Shown in pieces: positions 40,907 to 51,665 of a DNA stretch of 64,000 nucleotides. The notes under the pieces are model-generated. The model was given only the letters and a program-made list of their open reading frames with translations. It made no database searches and was not told where the DNA came from. How positions within the stretch are numbered: the first letter of the stretch is position 1; the number at the start of each line of letters is the position of its first letter. A program made the position numbers and the translations under genes. Source of the DNA: a bacterium (GTDB taxonomy: Bacteria > SAR324 > JACQKK01); assembly GCA_965240465.1 (NCBI GenBank), contig OZ251219.1, positions 1,024,001 through 1,088,000 of the forward strand. Direction: 5' to 3'.

Positions 40907-41893
40907 GTGATGAGTAAGACGGTCACCACTAGAGAGGCTCTTAGAGAAGCCTTAATTGAAGAAATGGAGCACGATGAGCGTGTGTTTCTGATCGGAGAAG
41001 AAGTAGCCGAATATGATGGGGCATACAAGGTAAGCGAAGGATTGTTAAAGCAGTTTGGAAAGCGTCGGGTAGTGGATACGCCCATCTCCGAGAATGGTTT
41101 TATGGGGCTTTCTGTGGGGGCAGCAATGGCGGGGTTAAGGCCAGTTGTTGAATTTATGAGCTTTAATTTTTCTTTGGTGGCCTTGGATCAAGTTTTTTCT
41201 AATGCAGCCAAGACTTGCTATATGTCGGCAGGACAGTTTAATTTACCGATGGTGATGCGAGGACCTGGAGGGGCAGCGGCTGGAGTTTCATCTCAACATT
41301 CCAACTGTTTGGAGAGTTTCTTCGCGTATATGCCAGGGCTCAAGGTGGTTATGCCAGCTACGCCTAATGACGCCAAAGGTTTGTTGAAGACCGCGATCCG
41401 GGATGAGAATCCAGTGGTATTCATAGAAAATGAATTGCTGTATGGAATATCGGGGGAAGTGGAAAGCGGGGAAGTTTTAATTCCATTTGGGAAAGCACGC
41501 ATTACCAAGCTAGGCAAGGATGTGACCATCGTTGCCCATAGTAATATGCAGCATATGCTGACTACCAAGTTGGCAGAATTTGAGGCAGAAGGAATTGATG
41601 TGGAATTGATAGATCCGCGTACCATCAAACCCCTTGATATTGACACCATTGTGGAGTCGGTAAGAAAAACGCATAGAATGGTGGTGATGGAAGAAGGGCA
41701 TCGCTTTGCTGGAGTAGGAGCAGAAATTGCTGACCAAACTTACAATTGTTGCTTTGATGAATTAGATGCTCCTATCTTACGAGTGGCTCAAAGCGAAAAC
41801 CCCTTGCCTTATGCTAAGAATTTAGAAGCGGCTTCCTTGCCTTCGGTTGGTCAAGTAATAAGAGCTGCCAAAGAGGTTTTATATCGAAATTAG
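40907..41893 (+). CDS. pdhB: Pyruvate dehydrogenase E1 beta
   Basis: GEEVAEYDGAYKVS, DTPISE, VVEFM. Confidence 0.96.
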   Translation: MMSKTVTTREALREALIEEMEHDERVFLIGEEVAEYDGAYKVSEGLLKQFGKRRVVDTPISENGFMGLSVGAAMAGLRPVVEFMSFNFSLVALDQVFSNAAKTCYMSAGQFNLPMVMRGPGGAAAGVSSQHSNCLESFFAYMPGLKVVMPATPNDAKGLLKTAIRDENPVVFIENELLYGISGEVESGEVLIPFGKARITKLGKDVTIVAHSNMQHMLTTKLAEFEAEGIDVELIDPRTIKPLDIDTIVESVRKTHRMVVMEEGHRFAGVGAEIADQTYNCCFDELDAPILRVAQSENPLPYAKNLEAASLPSVGQVIRAAKEVLYRN

Positions 41894-41982
41894 TGGAAAG
41901 GAGGGGGGATTTCTGGCAGTGGAACGAAGTTTTGATGCAGTGTGTTTAGTGCAGTGGAAATGAAATTAAGAAAGGATACATA

Positions 41983-43332
41983 GTGGCCACATTGCTGAGG
42001 ATGCCCAGTTTGAGTCCCACCATGGAAAGTGGGGTGGTGGTGGAATTTAAAAAAGCAGAAGGCGAATATGCCGAGATGGGGGAGGTGTTTGCTGAGATAG
42101 AAACAGACAAAGCCGTCATGGAATATGAGCTGGTTTACGAAGGCTATGTGAAAAAATTGCTAGTGGAAACAGGAAAAGAACTACAGGTAGGAGATCCCAT
42201 TGCAATTCTGGCAGAAACGATGGAAGAAGATATCTCAGCCTGCTTGGCAGAAAGTAAGCAAGCAATCGTAAAGCAAGCAATCGTAAAGCAGGACATCGCA
42301 AGTCAAGATAAAATTACGGCTCAGGAAAAGCCCGAAGTATCGGCTGAAATAAAAACTGATGCCCCCCAACCAACTATCACAGCAGTCACCCAGGATACAA
42401 CTCCCCTTCAAGCTGTGGCAAATGGAGCCGAAAGAGAGCAGGTAACCAAACGCACCAAGATTTCTCCCTATGCACGCAAATTGGCTCAAGCTTCAGGGTT
42501 GAATTGGCAGGGGATGATCGGCAGAGGTGCTGGGGGACGAGTAATCGCTGCTGATATTGAGGTAATCCTAGCTAACAGTGGAGATGTTGGTCTGGGAGCA
42601 AGTGGGGGAATGGCGTCTACTCCTGCGGCGGCAGAAATATTTGGCAATAAGCCTCACATAGATGTGCCTCTGGGGATGATGCGCAAAGCAATTGGACGCA
42701 AAATGGTGGAATCTAAGACCTCTGCCCCTCATTTTCAAGTGAACTGTACCATAGCTGCTGATGGCTTGGTGGAAATTCGCAGTCAACTTAAGCAGGCACT
42801 GCCAAATTTACGAGTGTCGGTGAACGATTTTGTCATGCGTGCCTGTGCAATTGCACTGGCACAGCATCCTGAGATGAACAGCCATTTATTGGATGGATTT
42901 ATTAGGCGATATCGGCGGGTGGATTTAGCGGTGGCAGTGGCTACTGAAGAAGGTCTGTTGACTCCTATCATTGAAGATGTTGCTCAAAAGAGTTTGGTGC
43001 AGTTGGGCAGCGAACTGAGGGGCTTGGCTAAGAAAGCCCAAGCACGTCAATTGAAGCCTGAAGAATATACGGGAGGCACATTCACTGTCTCTAATTTGGG
43101 CATGTTTGGGGTGGATGGTTTTAATGCTATCTTGAACGTTCCTCAAGTGGGTATTTTAGCAGTCGCAGCAATTCTGGATGCAGCAGTAGTACGAGGTGGA
43201 AAAATAGAAGTGGGCAAGACAATGAACCTGACGCTTTCATGTGATCATCGAGCAGTAGATGGCATCAATGCGGCGTGTTTCATGGCTACCATACGGAGCT
43301 TATTGGAAGCTCCTGCAGCTCTGGCATTCTAA
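41983..43332 (+). CDS. pdhC: Pyruvate dehydrogenase E2 dihydrolipoamide acetyltransferase
   Basis: MPSLSPTM, ETDKA lipoyl motif, E3-binding domain, CDHRAVDG. Confidence 0.96.
   Translation: MATLLRMPSLSPTMESGVVVEFKKAEGEYAEMGEVFAEIETDKAVMEYELVYEGYVKKLLVETGKELQVGDPIAILAETMEEDISACLAESKQAIVKQAIVKQDIASQDKITAQEKPEVSAEIKTDAPQPTITAVTQDTTPLQAVANGAEREQVTKRTKISPYARKLAQASGLNWQGMIGRGAGGRVIAADIEVILANSGDVGLGASGGMASTPAAAEIFGNKPHIDVPLGMMRKAIGRKMVESKTSAPHFQVNCTIAADGLVEIRSQLKQALPNLRVSVNDFVMRACAIALAQHPEMNSHLLDGFIRRYRRVDLAVAVATEEGLLTPIIEDVAQKSLVQLGSELRGLAKKAQARQLKPEEYTGGTFTVSNLGMFGVDGFNAILNVPQVGILAVAAILDAAVVRGGKIEVGKTMNLTLSCDHRAVDGINAACFMATIRSLLEAPAALAF
42256..42290. repeat. 15-bp in-frame tandem repeat in the pdhC linker (KQAIV x2)
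   Basis: aagcaagcaatcgta x2 followed by aagca. Confidence 0.85.
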
Positions 43333-43430
43333 GTAATGCCTCTTAAAATAGTTGTTAGCAAAGCGTCAAGGAATGTTAAAGGCACATTAAATTCTGAAAA
43401 CAGAATGGTAAAATAGTAGGTTAAAGCAAC

Positions 43431-45080
43431 ATGAGGCACGCTTTTTTCTACACTATTTTATTAGGATTGTTCCTCTTTTTTGAGCCATGCTTGGCACAAG
43501 AAAATCAACCCCCCCTTAAATCGCCTGAGGATATTCCTCAGACGCCCTTGCAAGATTTATTAGCAGGCCTAAAAACCGAGCAACGCGGAGAAAAGCTATA
43601 TGTAGAGATATCGGTTGCCGAATTGTTGCACTTAACCCTGAAGGTTAATTTGAGTTTGGTTTCCTTGCGACTGCAAGAGCAAGAATTTCGTGCCAAACAG
43701 ATAGGAGCAAAGGGAATATTTGATTTCAATTTAGGTCTGGAAGCTGCAACAATCACCAGCACATTAGCAACCCATGGTGGTAATTCTGGCAATGTTGCAG
43801 ACGATAATTCTTATCTGGATATTTCTCGTTCCAAGAAAAATACTCAGCGGTTGGTATTAAGCAAGCCCACTCGGTTAGGATGGAAATATCAAATTAGTCA
43901 TTCACGCACTACTACGGATAGCACTTCTTATCAAGTGTCTAATCCGGGTGAGCAACCGGATCAAGGGATAACACGGCCGATTTTTTACACTCAGGAGACT
44001 GAGGTTAGGCTCACAATGCCTCTCAGGAAGGGGGCAGGCTGGAAATTCAACAGTATTCCCTTGCGTAGGTCTTATTTAGAATTCACGGCTCAGCGGCTAA
44101 TCAATCGTAGCAGGGAAGAGCAAATCTTAACCCAAGTGGCCTTACTATACTGGCAAATGGTGGGAGTACAAGAAACCCTGATTGCTCGCCAGCAGGCAGT
44201 TGAACTATCCGAACAACTATTGCAGGATGCCCGCACACGCTTTAATGTAGGAGCATTGGCTAGACAGGGAGTTATCTCTGCAGAATTGCGCTTGGCTAGT
44301 CGTAAGCAAGAAGCCTTGCAGGCGGAATTAGCAGTACTTGAAATTGAGAGCTTATTACAGGCTTTGCTGAATGTCAGCGATCTGCGTATTGGACTGATTG
44401 CCAAAGATGTGGCCGGAGAACACAGTATCAAGGATCTTAATCGCCAAGAATTGCTGGCACAGGTAAAGCAGAATCATCCTGAGCTAGCCCTGCTGGATAC
44501 TCAACTGGAGCAAACACGCCTAAATTTGCTGCAAGCAAAAAACAGTAGTCGCACTAAATTGGATTTAGATCTGTCTTATAAGCAAAAAGGTTTTGGTGAT
44601 TCTTACTCAACCAGTAGCAGAATACATAAGCCTCAGAACGAACAGGAAGTCAGGCTCACTTGGCAAATTCCTCTATTTGGACGCAAGCCGAAGTCTGATC
44701 GCCAGCGATATTTGTTGGAGGAACAGCGTACCTTCTTGGGTATCAAAAACAAACAAACAGAACTAGAAGTGAGTTTGCTAGGGATATTACTTGAATTACG
44801 CTTGAATAAAGGGGGCATTGCTCAAGCCGAAGCAGCAGAAAAATTGGCACGCACGAACTTAGAATCGGAGGTACAACGATTTAGAGTGGGACGCAGTACC
44901 AATACCGTGGTAACTCAAGTGCAAAATGAGTTCACCAACACCCAATTAGGAACTATTCTAGCCAAAACCAGATTTGAAGAATCTTATCTAAAGTTGTTAG
45001 CATTAACAGGCAATCTGTATGATACCTTTGGTTTGGAATCTACTTATGCCCCTGAAGTAAAAAGTAATGCCGTTAAATAA
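43431..45080 (+). CDS. TolC-family outer-membrane efflux protein
   Basis: Signal peptide, repeated helical OEP halves (RFNVG / RFRVGRST); upstream of MFP and RND genes. Confidence 0.85.
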   Translation: MRHAFFYTILLGLFLFFEPCLAQENQPPLKSPEDIPQTPLQDLLAGLKTEQRGEKLYVEISVAELLHLTLKVNLSLVSLRLQEQEFRAKQIGAKGIFDFNLGLEAATITSTLATHGGNSGNVADDNSYLDISRSKKNTQRLVLSKPTRLGWKYQISHSRTTTDSTSYQVSNPGEQPDQGITRPIFYTQETEVRLTMPLRKGAGWKFNSIPLRRSYLEFTAQRLINRSREEQILTQVALLYWQMVGVQETLIARQQAVELSEQLLQDARTRFNVGALARQGVISAELRLASRKQEALQAELAVLEIESLLQALLNVSDLRIGLIAKDVAGEHSIKDLNRQELLAQVKQNHPELALLDTQLEQTRLNLLQAKNSSRTKLDLDLSYKQKGFGDSYSTSSRIHKPQNEQEVRLTWQIPLFGRKPKSDRQRYLLEEQRTFLGIKNKQTELEVSLLGILLELRLNKGGIAQAEAAEKLARTNLESEVQRFRVGRSTNTVVTQVQNEFTNTQLGTILAKTRFEESYLKLLALTGNLYDTFGLESTYAPEVKSNAVK

Positions 45081-45123
45081 TAATTGACCAAATTTAATTG
45101 CTACCAACAAATTCTGACTAAAC

Positions 45124-46302
45124 ATGTTGAAAATTTTTACCATCAAAACAATTCCTTTTTACCGCTACATCTTTTTTCGTAGGTGTACGGGTATCCCAGG
45201 TTGGCGGGCAACAACTATGCTGTTGCTACTGGCATCTGTTTTGTTGGTCAGTTGTGATCGCAAAAAAGCCTCGGGAAAAAAAGATAAGCTGCTACAAAAT
45301 ATCCCGATCACTAGTCGTCTGGTGGAAGTAGTGGAGGTTGGTAGCTACAGCTTTGACGTAAAAAAAACCTATATCGGCCATCTGGAGCCTAATCAGCGAG
45401 TCAAGTTACAAGCGGAAACAGGTGGAGTGATGGAAAAAGTTAATGTCATAGAGGGCAAGAAGGTAGTGGAAAAACAAGAGATGTTTCGCATCTCTACCAA
45501 GGAAATAGTTACCAGAAGGAATTTAGCTAGGACAAACTATCAACTGAGCAATGCTGAATATCAACGTAGCAAAAAATTGCACGTGGATAAATTAATCTCT
45601 CCTGCCGAATTAGAACGCACATTTAATGCCCGAGAAGTAGCCCGATTGAATCTTAAGCTGGCAGATTTAGAATACGACAAATCTGTGGTGCGTGCTCCTT
45701 TTGATGGATTTACCTTCCAACTATCAGTGACATCAGGGGAATTTATTAAAAAAGGACGCTTGCTAGCGGAAGTATTGGATGTAAGTCGCTTTAAGGCAGC
45801 CATTAATGTGCCTGAGGAGGATATTCGCTTTTTCACCCCCGACCTCAAAATAAAGCTGTTCTTTGATGCCCTGCCAGGTTGGAAGCAAGAAGGTCAAATA
45901 TTCAGCGTGGGACAGGAGGCTAATCAAAACACTCGCGATTTCACAGTGGAAATTGTAACAGATAGCACCAATGAGCAATTACGCTCTGGCATGCTGGTGC
46001 GGGTGCAAGCTCAGCTGGCATCATTTGTTAATCAGGTGTTAGTGCCACTTCACGCTTTGATAGAAAGAGACGATGGAACCTTTGTGTTTATAGTGCAAAG
46101 AGAAGTATCTGTGTTAAGAAGGGTGGAAACCGGGGTTTTACGCGGAAATTTAGTACAAATAAATGAAGGGTTGCGGGTGGGGGAATTGCTGGTTGTCAGC
46201 GGTCAGCACAAATTGACAAACGAAGTCCCAGTACGGGTACGAAAAATAGAAATGGACTTAGGTACAGAAATAGGTACCGATAACAATCCCGATGATACCT
46301 AA
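45124..46302 (+). CDS. RND efflux periplasmic adaptor (membrane fusion protein)
   Basis: Lipobox-like LVSC, VRAPFDG, LRSGM, GLRVGELLVVSG. Confidence 0.9.
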   Translation: MLKIFTIKTIPFYRYIFFRRCTGIPGWRATTMLLLLASVLLVSCDRKKASGKKDKLLQNIPITSRLVEVVEVGSYSFDVKKTYIGHLEPNQRVKLQAETGGVMEKVNVIEGKKVVEKQEMFRISTKEIVTRRNLARTNYQLSNAEYQRSKKLHVDKLISPAELERTFNAREVARLNLKLADLEYDKSVVRAPFDGFTFQLSVTSGEFIKKGRLLAEVLDVSRFKAAINVPEEDIRFFTPDLKIKLFFDALPGWKQEGQIFSVGQEANQNTRDFTVEIVTDSTNEQLRSGMLVRVQAQLASFVNQVLVPLHALIERDDGTFVFIVQREVSVLRRVETGVLRGNLVQINEGLRVGELLVVSGQHKLTNEVPVRVRKIEMDLGTEIGTDNNPDDT

Positions 46303-46318
46303 ACTGGATGTAATATAA

Positions 46319-46816
46319 ATGTCCCCTGATAAAATAAAAAATGTTTCCCAGATTGAAAAACCCCAGTTTTCTCAGGGGTGGTATGTTTGTGGTTTTCTAT
46401 CATTAACCATGGCTTGGACCTTGTGGTTACCCCAGAAACCGCGGTTGTGGTATTATCCTCAAACGCTCCCTCAGCAGATGGCATCCTTATTGATAATCCT
46501 GGGACTGCTGTTTATTGCGGTCGGGATGGTGAAAAATCGTGGTCATTCTGTCAGAGGATGGTTCACAGGACTGTTACTGGTATCTGCTTTGTTGTTATTC
46601 CCTATTTGGTTAGCTAGACAGGCACTCAATTTTGGAGGTCAACTAGCACCCTTGCTGATGGCAGCTTTGCTGGTGGTAGGAGGCTGGTTCTTCTTAAAAA
46701 TAAAACTACCTCTTAACAAACGCCAAAAAATGGCTAAGGAATCAGATCCCGGACCAGAAGAACCAATAGCAGACCCTCAGGTTGCCGAACAAAAAAATAG
46801 TACTCCTTCAAATTGA
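46319..46816 (+). CDS. Hypothetical 4-TM membrane protein
   Basis: Hydrophobic segments; lies inside the efflux gene run. Confidence 0.6.
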   Translation: MSPDKIKNVSQIEKPQFSQGWYVCGFLSLTMAWTLWLPQKPRLWYYPQTLPQQMASLLIILGLLFIAVGMVKNRGHSVRGWFTGLLLVSALLLFPIWLARQALNFGGQLAPLLMAALLVVGGWFFLKIKLPLNKRQKMAKESDPGPEEPIADPQVAEQKNSTPSN

Positions 46817-46936
46817 GTCTATCTTCCCCTGCTCCTTTGTATTCCTTAGTCAACCGATAAAGCAGGTTTTTGTATCATCTTGCTACCACATTAGAACATT
46901 AAGACATAACTTCCATTTTCTGTTCCACTGTAAGTT

Positions 46937-49900
46937 GTGATGTCTCCCAGCCTGATTGCTCTTCGTAATCCTAATACCGTTTTGCTGTTGACGGCACTTG
47001 TCGTCTTTATGGGATTCAGCGCGTATCGCAGTCTACCTAGGGAGGCTAGTCCAGATATTCAAGTACCCATCTTGATGGTGAACATTCCTTTCCCTGGGGC
47101 TTCACCAGCAGATGTAGAGAAATTGGTCACTCACGAAGCTGAAGAAAAACTTCAAAATGTGGATAATCTAGAAAAAATAACTTCAGTATCTGCAGAGAGT
47201 GTTTCCATCATCACCCTGCAATTTGCCCTTGGGTTTGACATCTCAAAAGCTCGCAACAAGACGCGTGAATTGCTAGATGAGGCCATACCATCCTTCCCAG
47301 AAGATGTGGAAGAACCGATTATTAGTGAAATCAACCTATCCGAAGAGCCATTCATTCGCATCGTGCTTTCAGGAGATATCAGCTTGGAAGATTTGAGGGA
47401 ATTGGCTGAGGCAATGGAAACAGATATTGAATCATTCGCAGAAACGCTGAAAGTCAATGTATTCGGTGGATTAAAGAGAGAAATTCAAGTTTATGTCAAT
47501 CCCGAAAAACTTCGTTACTACGGCACTTCATTGAATAGGGTAGCCAGTGTGGTGGCTTCTGAAAACAGCACCCTGCCTGGTGGTTCACTAGAAATAGGAC
47601 CACAACGCTACTCTATTCGTGTCCCCAGCGAATATAAAACCCCAGAAGAAATAAGTCAGGTTATTGTATCAGCTGTGGGGGATTCTTCTGTACATGTACG
47701 CGATCTAGCACGGGTAGTTTTTGGCTTTCAAGAGCAAGTATCGCGCTCACGACTGGACGGTAAGGAATCGGTTTCTGTAGCTGTTTCTAAACGCAGTGGT
47801 GCCAATCTGTTTAATCTCAGAGAAAAAATTGAGGGCTTGCTTAGCCAGTACAAGGAGCAGAACCCAAAGATACGCTTTGTCGTGTTGGCAGATACCTCGG
47901 TATTTGTGCGTCAGTTTGTCAATGATTTGGAAAACAATGTGATCACAGGCTTTTTATTAGTGTTTTTAGTACTGCTGATAGTAATGGGTGCCCGTAATGC
48001 TTTGTTGGTAGCCAGTGCGATTCCGCTATCTTTTCTGATGGCTATGATTGTGATGCGTCTGTTGAATTTCACCTTAAATTTTGTGGTGTTGTTCAGCCTG
48101 ATTCTCAGCTTAGGACTATTAGTGGATAACGCCATTGTGGTAGTGGAAAATATTTACCGTCACCTGCAAAGTGGGAAATCTCGCTTGGAAGCTGCCAAAC
48201 AAGGAGTACAAGAGGTAGCCATGCCTGTTTTTACCTCCACTCTGACTACCCTGGCGGCCTTTACTCCCTTGATTTTTATGCCGGGTATTGTAGGTGAATT
48301 TTTGTCTTATTTGCCGCGTACTCTCATTTTCACGCTTAGTGCCTCGTTAGTGGTGGGATTAGTGATTAACCCGGTCTTGTGTTCTCGGTTCTTAAAGATG
48401 CCCAAGAAAATCTTAAGAAATGATAATGAACTGGCTAATCTGGAAAAATCTCCGATGCTACTACGCTATAGACATTGGTTAGATTTTTGTCTGCAGAGAC
48501 GCAAACGCGTGTTGTTGGGGGCAGTGGGGGCATTTGTGGGAGTTATCTTCCTTTATGGAGTATTAGTGCTATCTAAAAAAGGGGTTGAATTCTTTCCTGA
48601 AACAGAGCCAGATAGCGCCACGATCACGGTGAGAGCAGCTCCTGGTGCCAGTTTGGATAATTCTGATGCCGTAATGCAACAATTGGAATATATCGTGGAT
48701 GAGAAGCAAGACAATTTGGTGTCCTATCTCACCAATGTAGGTGGTGGTGCCAGAGGCTCTTCAGGGGTGCATATCAGCCAATTGACTATGGAATTTCCTA
48801 TTTGGAAAGAGAGGAAATCCCGTCCTAGCGAGGTGATTGAAAACCTGCGGGAGGATATTAAGCAATTAGCAGGGGTAGATGCCAGCTTAGAACTACAAGC
48901 GGCAGGGCCTCCTACCGGTAAGCCTATCAACATAGAGTTGAGTGGTAATGACTTAAGAAAAATGTTGGAGATCAACAATGACATCAAAAGCCGTATTACC
49001 GACATTCCTGGATTAGTGGGTTTGGAAGATAATTTTGAGCGTGTGCGTCCCGAGCTTCAAATTCGGCTGGACAGAGCTAAAATTGCTCGTGCGGGTCTTT
49101 CCAGTCAGGAAATAGGAAAGCTGATACGCACCGCGTTTAATGGACGCACCGTATCAACCATGCGAGATGGGAAAAAAGAATATGACATCATAGTGCGTTT
49201 GGATGAACGCTTTCGTAACAGAATCCAAGATATTTCGGATCTACATGTGTTCACAAAAAATGGTGAGCAACTGCCATTAAGCGAATTAGCCATTATTTCT
49301 ACTGCTCCTGCTTTGGGTTCAATTCGCCATGTAGGGCTGGATAGGGTAATTACCATCTCTGCTGATGTTCAAGGTCGTTCAGGTCCGGTAGTCTTAAAAG
49401 ACGTGAGAGAACGCTTGCAGAATTTTCCTCTGCCTAAGGGCTTTGCGATTCGTTACACGGGCGAGCAAGAAGATCGCGAAGAAGCACAAAGTTTTCTGGG
49501 CGAGAGTTTTCTGGTAGTGCTGTTCCTAATATTCATTATCTTAGTCACCCAGTTTAATTCATTTCACATCCCCCTGATTATATTAAGCTCGGTAATGCTC
49601 TCTTTAATCGGAGTGTTTTTGGGACTAATTATTCACAACCGCCCGTTTAGCATCATGATGGGTGGTATCGGGGTAATATCCTTGGCAGGAATTGTGGTTA
49701 ATAACGCCATTGTGCTACTGGATTTCATCACCCAGCTTAGAAAGCGAGGATACGCTCTCAGGGAAGCAGTCTTGCTAGGCGGTATGGCGCGACTTCGTCC
49801 AGTATTGCTGACGGCTATTACAACGGTATTAGGGTTGCTTCCAGTAGCCATGAAAGTAGAATTTTCCCCGCTAAGTTGGCCGCCAATATTATTCGGTAGC

Positions 49901-50380
49901 GAGAGTGGAACCTTCTGGGTACCTATGGCATTAGCTGTGATTTATGGACTGTCGGTATCCACAGTGCTGACCCTGTTTTTTGTTCCTACATTGTACCTTA
50001 CTTTAGAAGAAAGCACTTGGAGTTTCCGTTCGCTACTCAAGATATTCAACCCGATGCTGTTGCTCAGTGGGGGCTTAAAACTAGCAAATGGAGTTTGGAA
50101 ACTGACTGATGCCCAGTTTCGTCGTCAATGCCTGCGGAGCGTACTTTCAAGTGTGATTGGATTATTCCAGCTGTTGCAAGTTTTGCTATCTCGCCTTAGG
50201 TGTTATTATCCTGTTGTTCGCCAATATGCTCTCTACTTAAAAGACAAAGCACTAAAGAAAGAAACATGGCAGGAATTAAGGAAGATGTTAATCCAACGCA
50301 TTCGCCAATTTATCAAACAGATTCTGCTACAGCTCAAAAATAAATGGCAGCAACTGCAAGAAACCCAAAATAAAAAATAA
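46937..50380 (+). CDS. AcrB/AcrD/AcrF-family RND transporter with C-terminal extension
   Basis: LPREASPDI, GLLVDNAIVVVENI, GIVVNNAIVLLD, RLRPVLLTAITT. Confidence 0.95.
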   Translation: MMSPSLIALRNPNTVLLLTALVVFMGFSAYRSLPREASPDIQVPILMVNIPFPGASPADVEKLVTHEAEEKLQNVDNLEKITSVSAESVSIITLQFALGFDISKARNKTRELLDEAIPSFPEDVEEPIISEINLSEEPFIRIVLSGDISLEDLRELAEAMETDIESFAETLKVNVFGGLKREIQVYVNPEKLRYYGTSLNRVASVVASENSTLPGGSLEIGPQRYSIRVPSEYKTPEEISQVIVSAVGDSSVHVRDLARVVFGFQEQVSRSRLDGKESVSVAVSKRSGANLFNLREKIEGLLSQYKEQNPKIRFVVLADTSVFVRQFVNDLENNVITGFLLVFLVLLIVMGARNALLVASAIPLSFLMAMIVMRLLNFTLNFVVLFSLILSLGLLVDNAIVVVENIYRHLQSGKSRLEAAKQGVQEVAMPVFTSTLTTLAAFTPLIFMPGIVGEFLSYLPRTLIFTLSASLVVGLVINPVLCSRFLKMPKKILRNDNELANLEKSPMLLRYRHWLDFCLQRRKRVLLGAVGAFVGVIFLYGVLVLSKKGVEFFPETEPDSATITVRAAPGASLDNSDAVMQQLEYIVDEKQDNLVSYLTNVGGGARGSSGVHISQLTMEFPIWKERKSRPSEVIENLREDIKQLAGVDASLELQAAGPPTGKPINIELSGNDLRKMLEINNDIKSRITDIPGLVGLEDNFERVRPELQIRLDRAKIARAGLSSQEIGKLIRTAFNGRTVSTMRDGKKEYDIIVRLDERFRNRIQDISDLHVFTKNGEQLPLSELAIISTAPALGSIRHVGLDRVITISADVQGRSGPVVLKDVRERLQNFPLPKGFAIRYTGEQEDREEAQSFLGESFLVVLFLIFIILVTQFNSFHIPLIILSSVMLSLIGVFLGLIIHNRPFSIMMGGIGVISLAGIVVNNAIVLLDFITQLRKRGYALREAVLLGGMARLRPVLLTAITTVLGLLPVAMKVEFSPLSWPPILFGSESGTFWVPMALAVIYGLSVSTVLTLFFVPTLYLTLEESTWSFRSLLKIFNPMLLLSGGLKLANGVWKLTDAQFRRQCLRSVLSSVIGLFQLLQVLLSRLRCYYPVVRQYALYLKDKALKKETWQELRKMLIQRIRQFIKQILLQLKNKWQQLQETQNKK

Positions 50381-50433
50381 ATCCATACCTTATTTGTTAA
50401 AAGCCTTAAAAATGTTTTCCTCAGTGGTTTACT

Positions 50434-51240
50434 ATGTCTCCTTGCCGCCAACCACATATTTGTACGGCTACGGTGTCTGATCTAGCTTCAGTAGTTTTTA
50501 ACAGGTTTTCCTTGCGAAGATTATCCTGGCAAAGGTTATCTAGGCTATTATTCTTACCTCGCTGTTGGAACTGTGGTTTATTGCTGGATGGCAAATCTCA
50601 CCAACCTTATTTTTGCTACTCCTGTTTTACAGAACTTCCATGGCAAGAAACTCCTCCGCCATGGCCTAGAAATCTCAGGGATAATCGTCGTCGCCACCTG
50701 GATGGCATCTGGTCTGCGTTAGCCTATCAACCCCCAGTGCAGTCGTGGATCTGGAATTTCAAGTATCATCGCCAAGACCAGCTAGCTTATATGTTGGGTT
50801 GGCTATTGGCACAAGCATCTCTCCAGTTATTTTCTAAACTCTCTTTCCAGATTGTGTTGCCTGTCCCTCTGCATCCCAGTCGTGTTGCTTGGCGTGGATT
50901 TAACCAATCGCAATTATTGGCTCGGTGCTGGCTTAAGCATCTTTCTGTAGAAAATAGTTTTTCAAAAAAAGTATCCGAGCCATTGCCTGAAATCAATACT
51001 CATTTACTGCAACGCGTCCAACCCACCAAACCCCAAATGGAGCTGTCCTTGGCAGAGCGTGCTGCTAATGTTCGTGATGCCTTTGCTCCTGCTAACCATA
51101 AGCCCAATCTTAGCAATAAGTGCATCTTGTTGGTGGATGATGTATTCACCAGCGGGAATACTCTCAATGCATGTGCAAAAACACTAAAATCTATGGGAGC
51201 TAGCGAAGTGTGGGGGTTTACTCTGGCGTGGAGACCTTAA
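50434..51240 (+). CDS. comF: ComF-family protein (double zinc ribbon + PRTase-like domain)
   Basis: CWNC...CYSC, PVPLHPSR..WRGFNQS, LLVDDVFTSGNT. Confidence 0.9.
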   Translation: MSPCRQPHICTATVSDLASVVFNRFSLRRLSWQRLSRLLFLPRCWNCGLLLDGKSHQPYFCYSCFTELPWQETPPPWPRNLRDNRRRHLDGIWSALAYQPPVQSWIWNFKYHRQDQLAYMLGWLLAQASLQLFSKLSFQIVLPVPLHPSRVAWRGFNQSQLLARCWLKHLSVENSFSKKVSEPLPEINTHLLQRVQPTKPQMELSLAERAANVRDAFAPANHKPNLSNKCILLVDDVFTSGNTLNACAKTLKSMGASEVWGFTLAWRP

Positions 51241-51242
51241 AA

Positions 51243-51623
51243 ATGAATTCATCAACAAGCAAATCATCGGTAAGAAAGCCTATAAAAAAGCCTTCCAAAC
51301 CTTCATCTGCAACCATCAAAAAAGATACTCCCAAAGCAGGTGATTCCCCCTTACGCGTTCGCATGCCATTAAAAATAGGCATCTTGCTGTTGGTCGTCCT
51401 CACCCTGATGAGCAGATGGGTAGATAATTCCTTGAAAGATATTCTGCTACTGGCGGCCATGGTAGTTGCCTTGTGGACTGCCTTCAGTCTGCCTTATATT
51501 CATCGTCCCCCGCCTCAACATAGAGATACTGTTTTTTTCCCTACCGCTCCATCTCTCAAACCCGACCAAGGATCTGATGAACCTCCTGACCCCAAAGATT
51601 CCGATAAATCTCCCTTACCCTAA
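51243..51623 (+). CDS. Hypothetical 2-TM membrane protein
   Basis: Two hydrophobic segments with disordered flanks; ATG 51243 directly follows comF. Confidence 0.55.
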   Translation: MNSSTSKSSVRKPIKKPSKPSSATIKKDTPKAGDSPLRVRMPLKIGILLLVVLTLMSRWVDNSLKDILLLAAMVVALWTAFSLPYIHRPPPQHRDTVFFPTAPSLKPDQGSDEPPDPKDSDKSPLP

Positions 51624-51665
51624 AGTACATTGGCAAATAGGCGAGGGCTTTTCTTACTCTAACAG

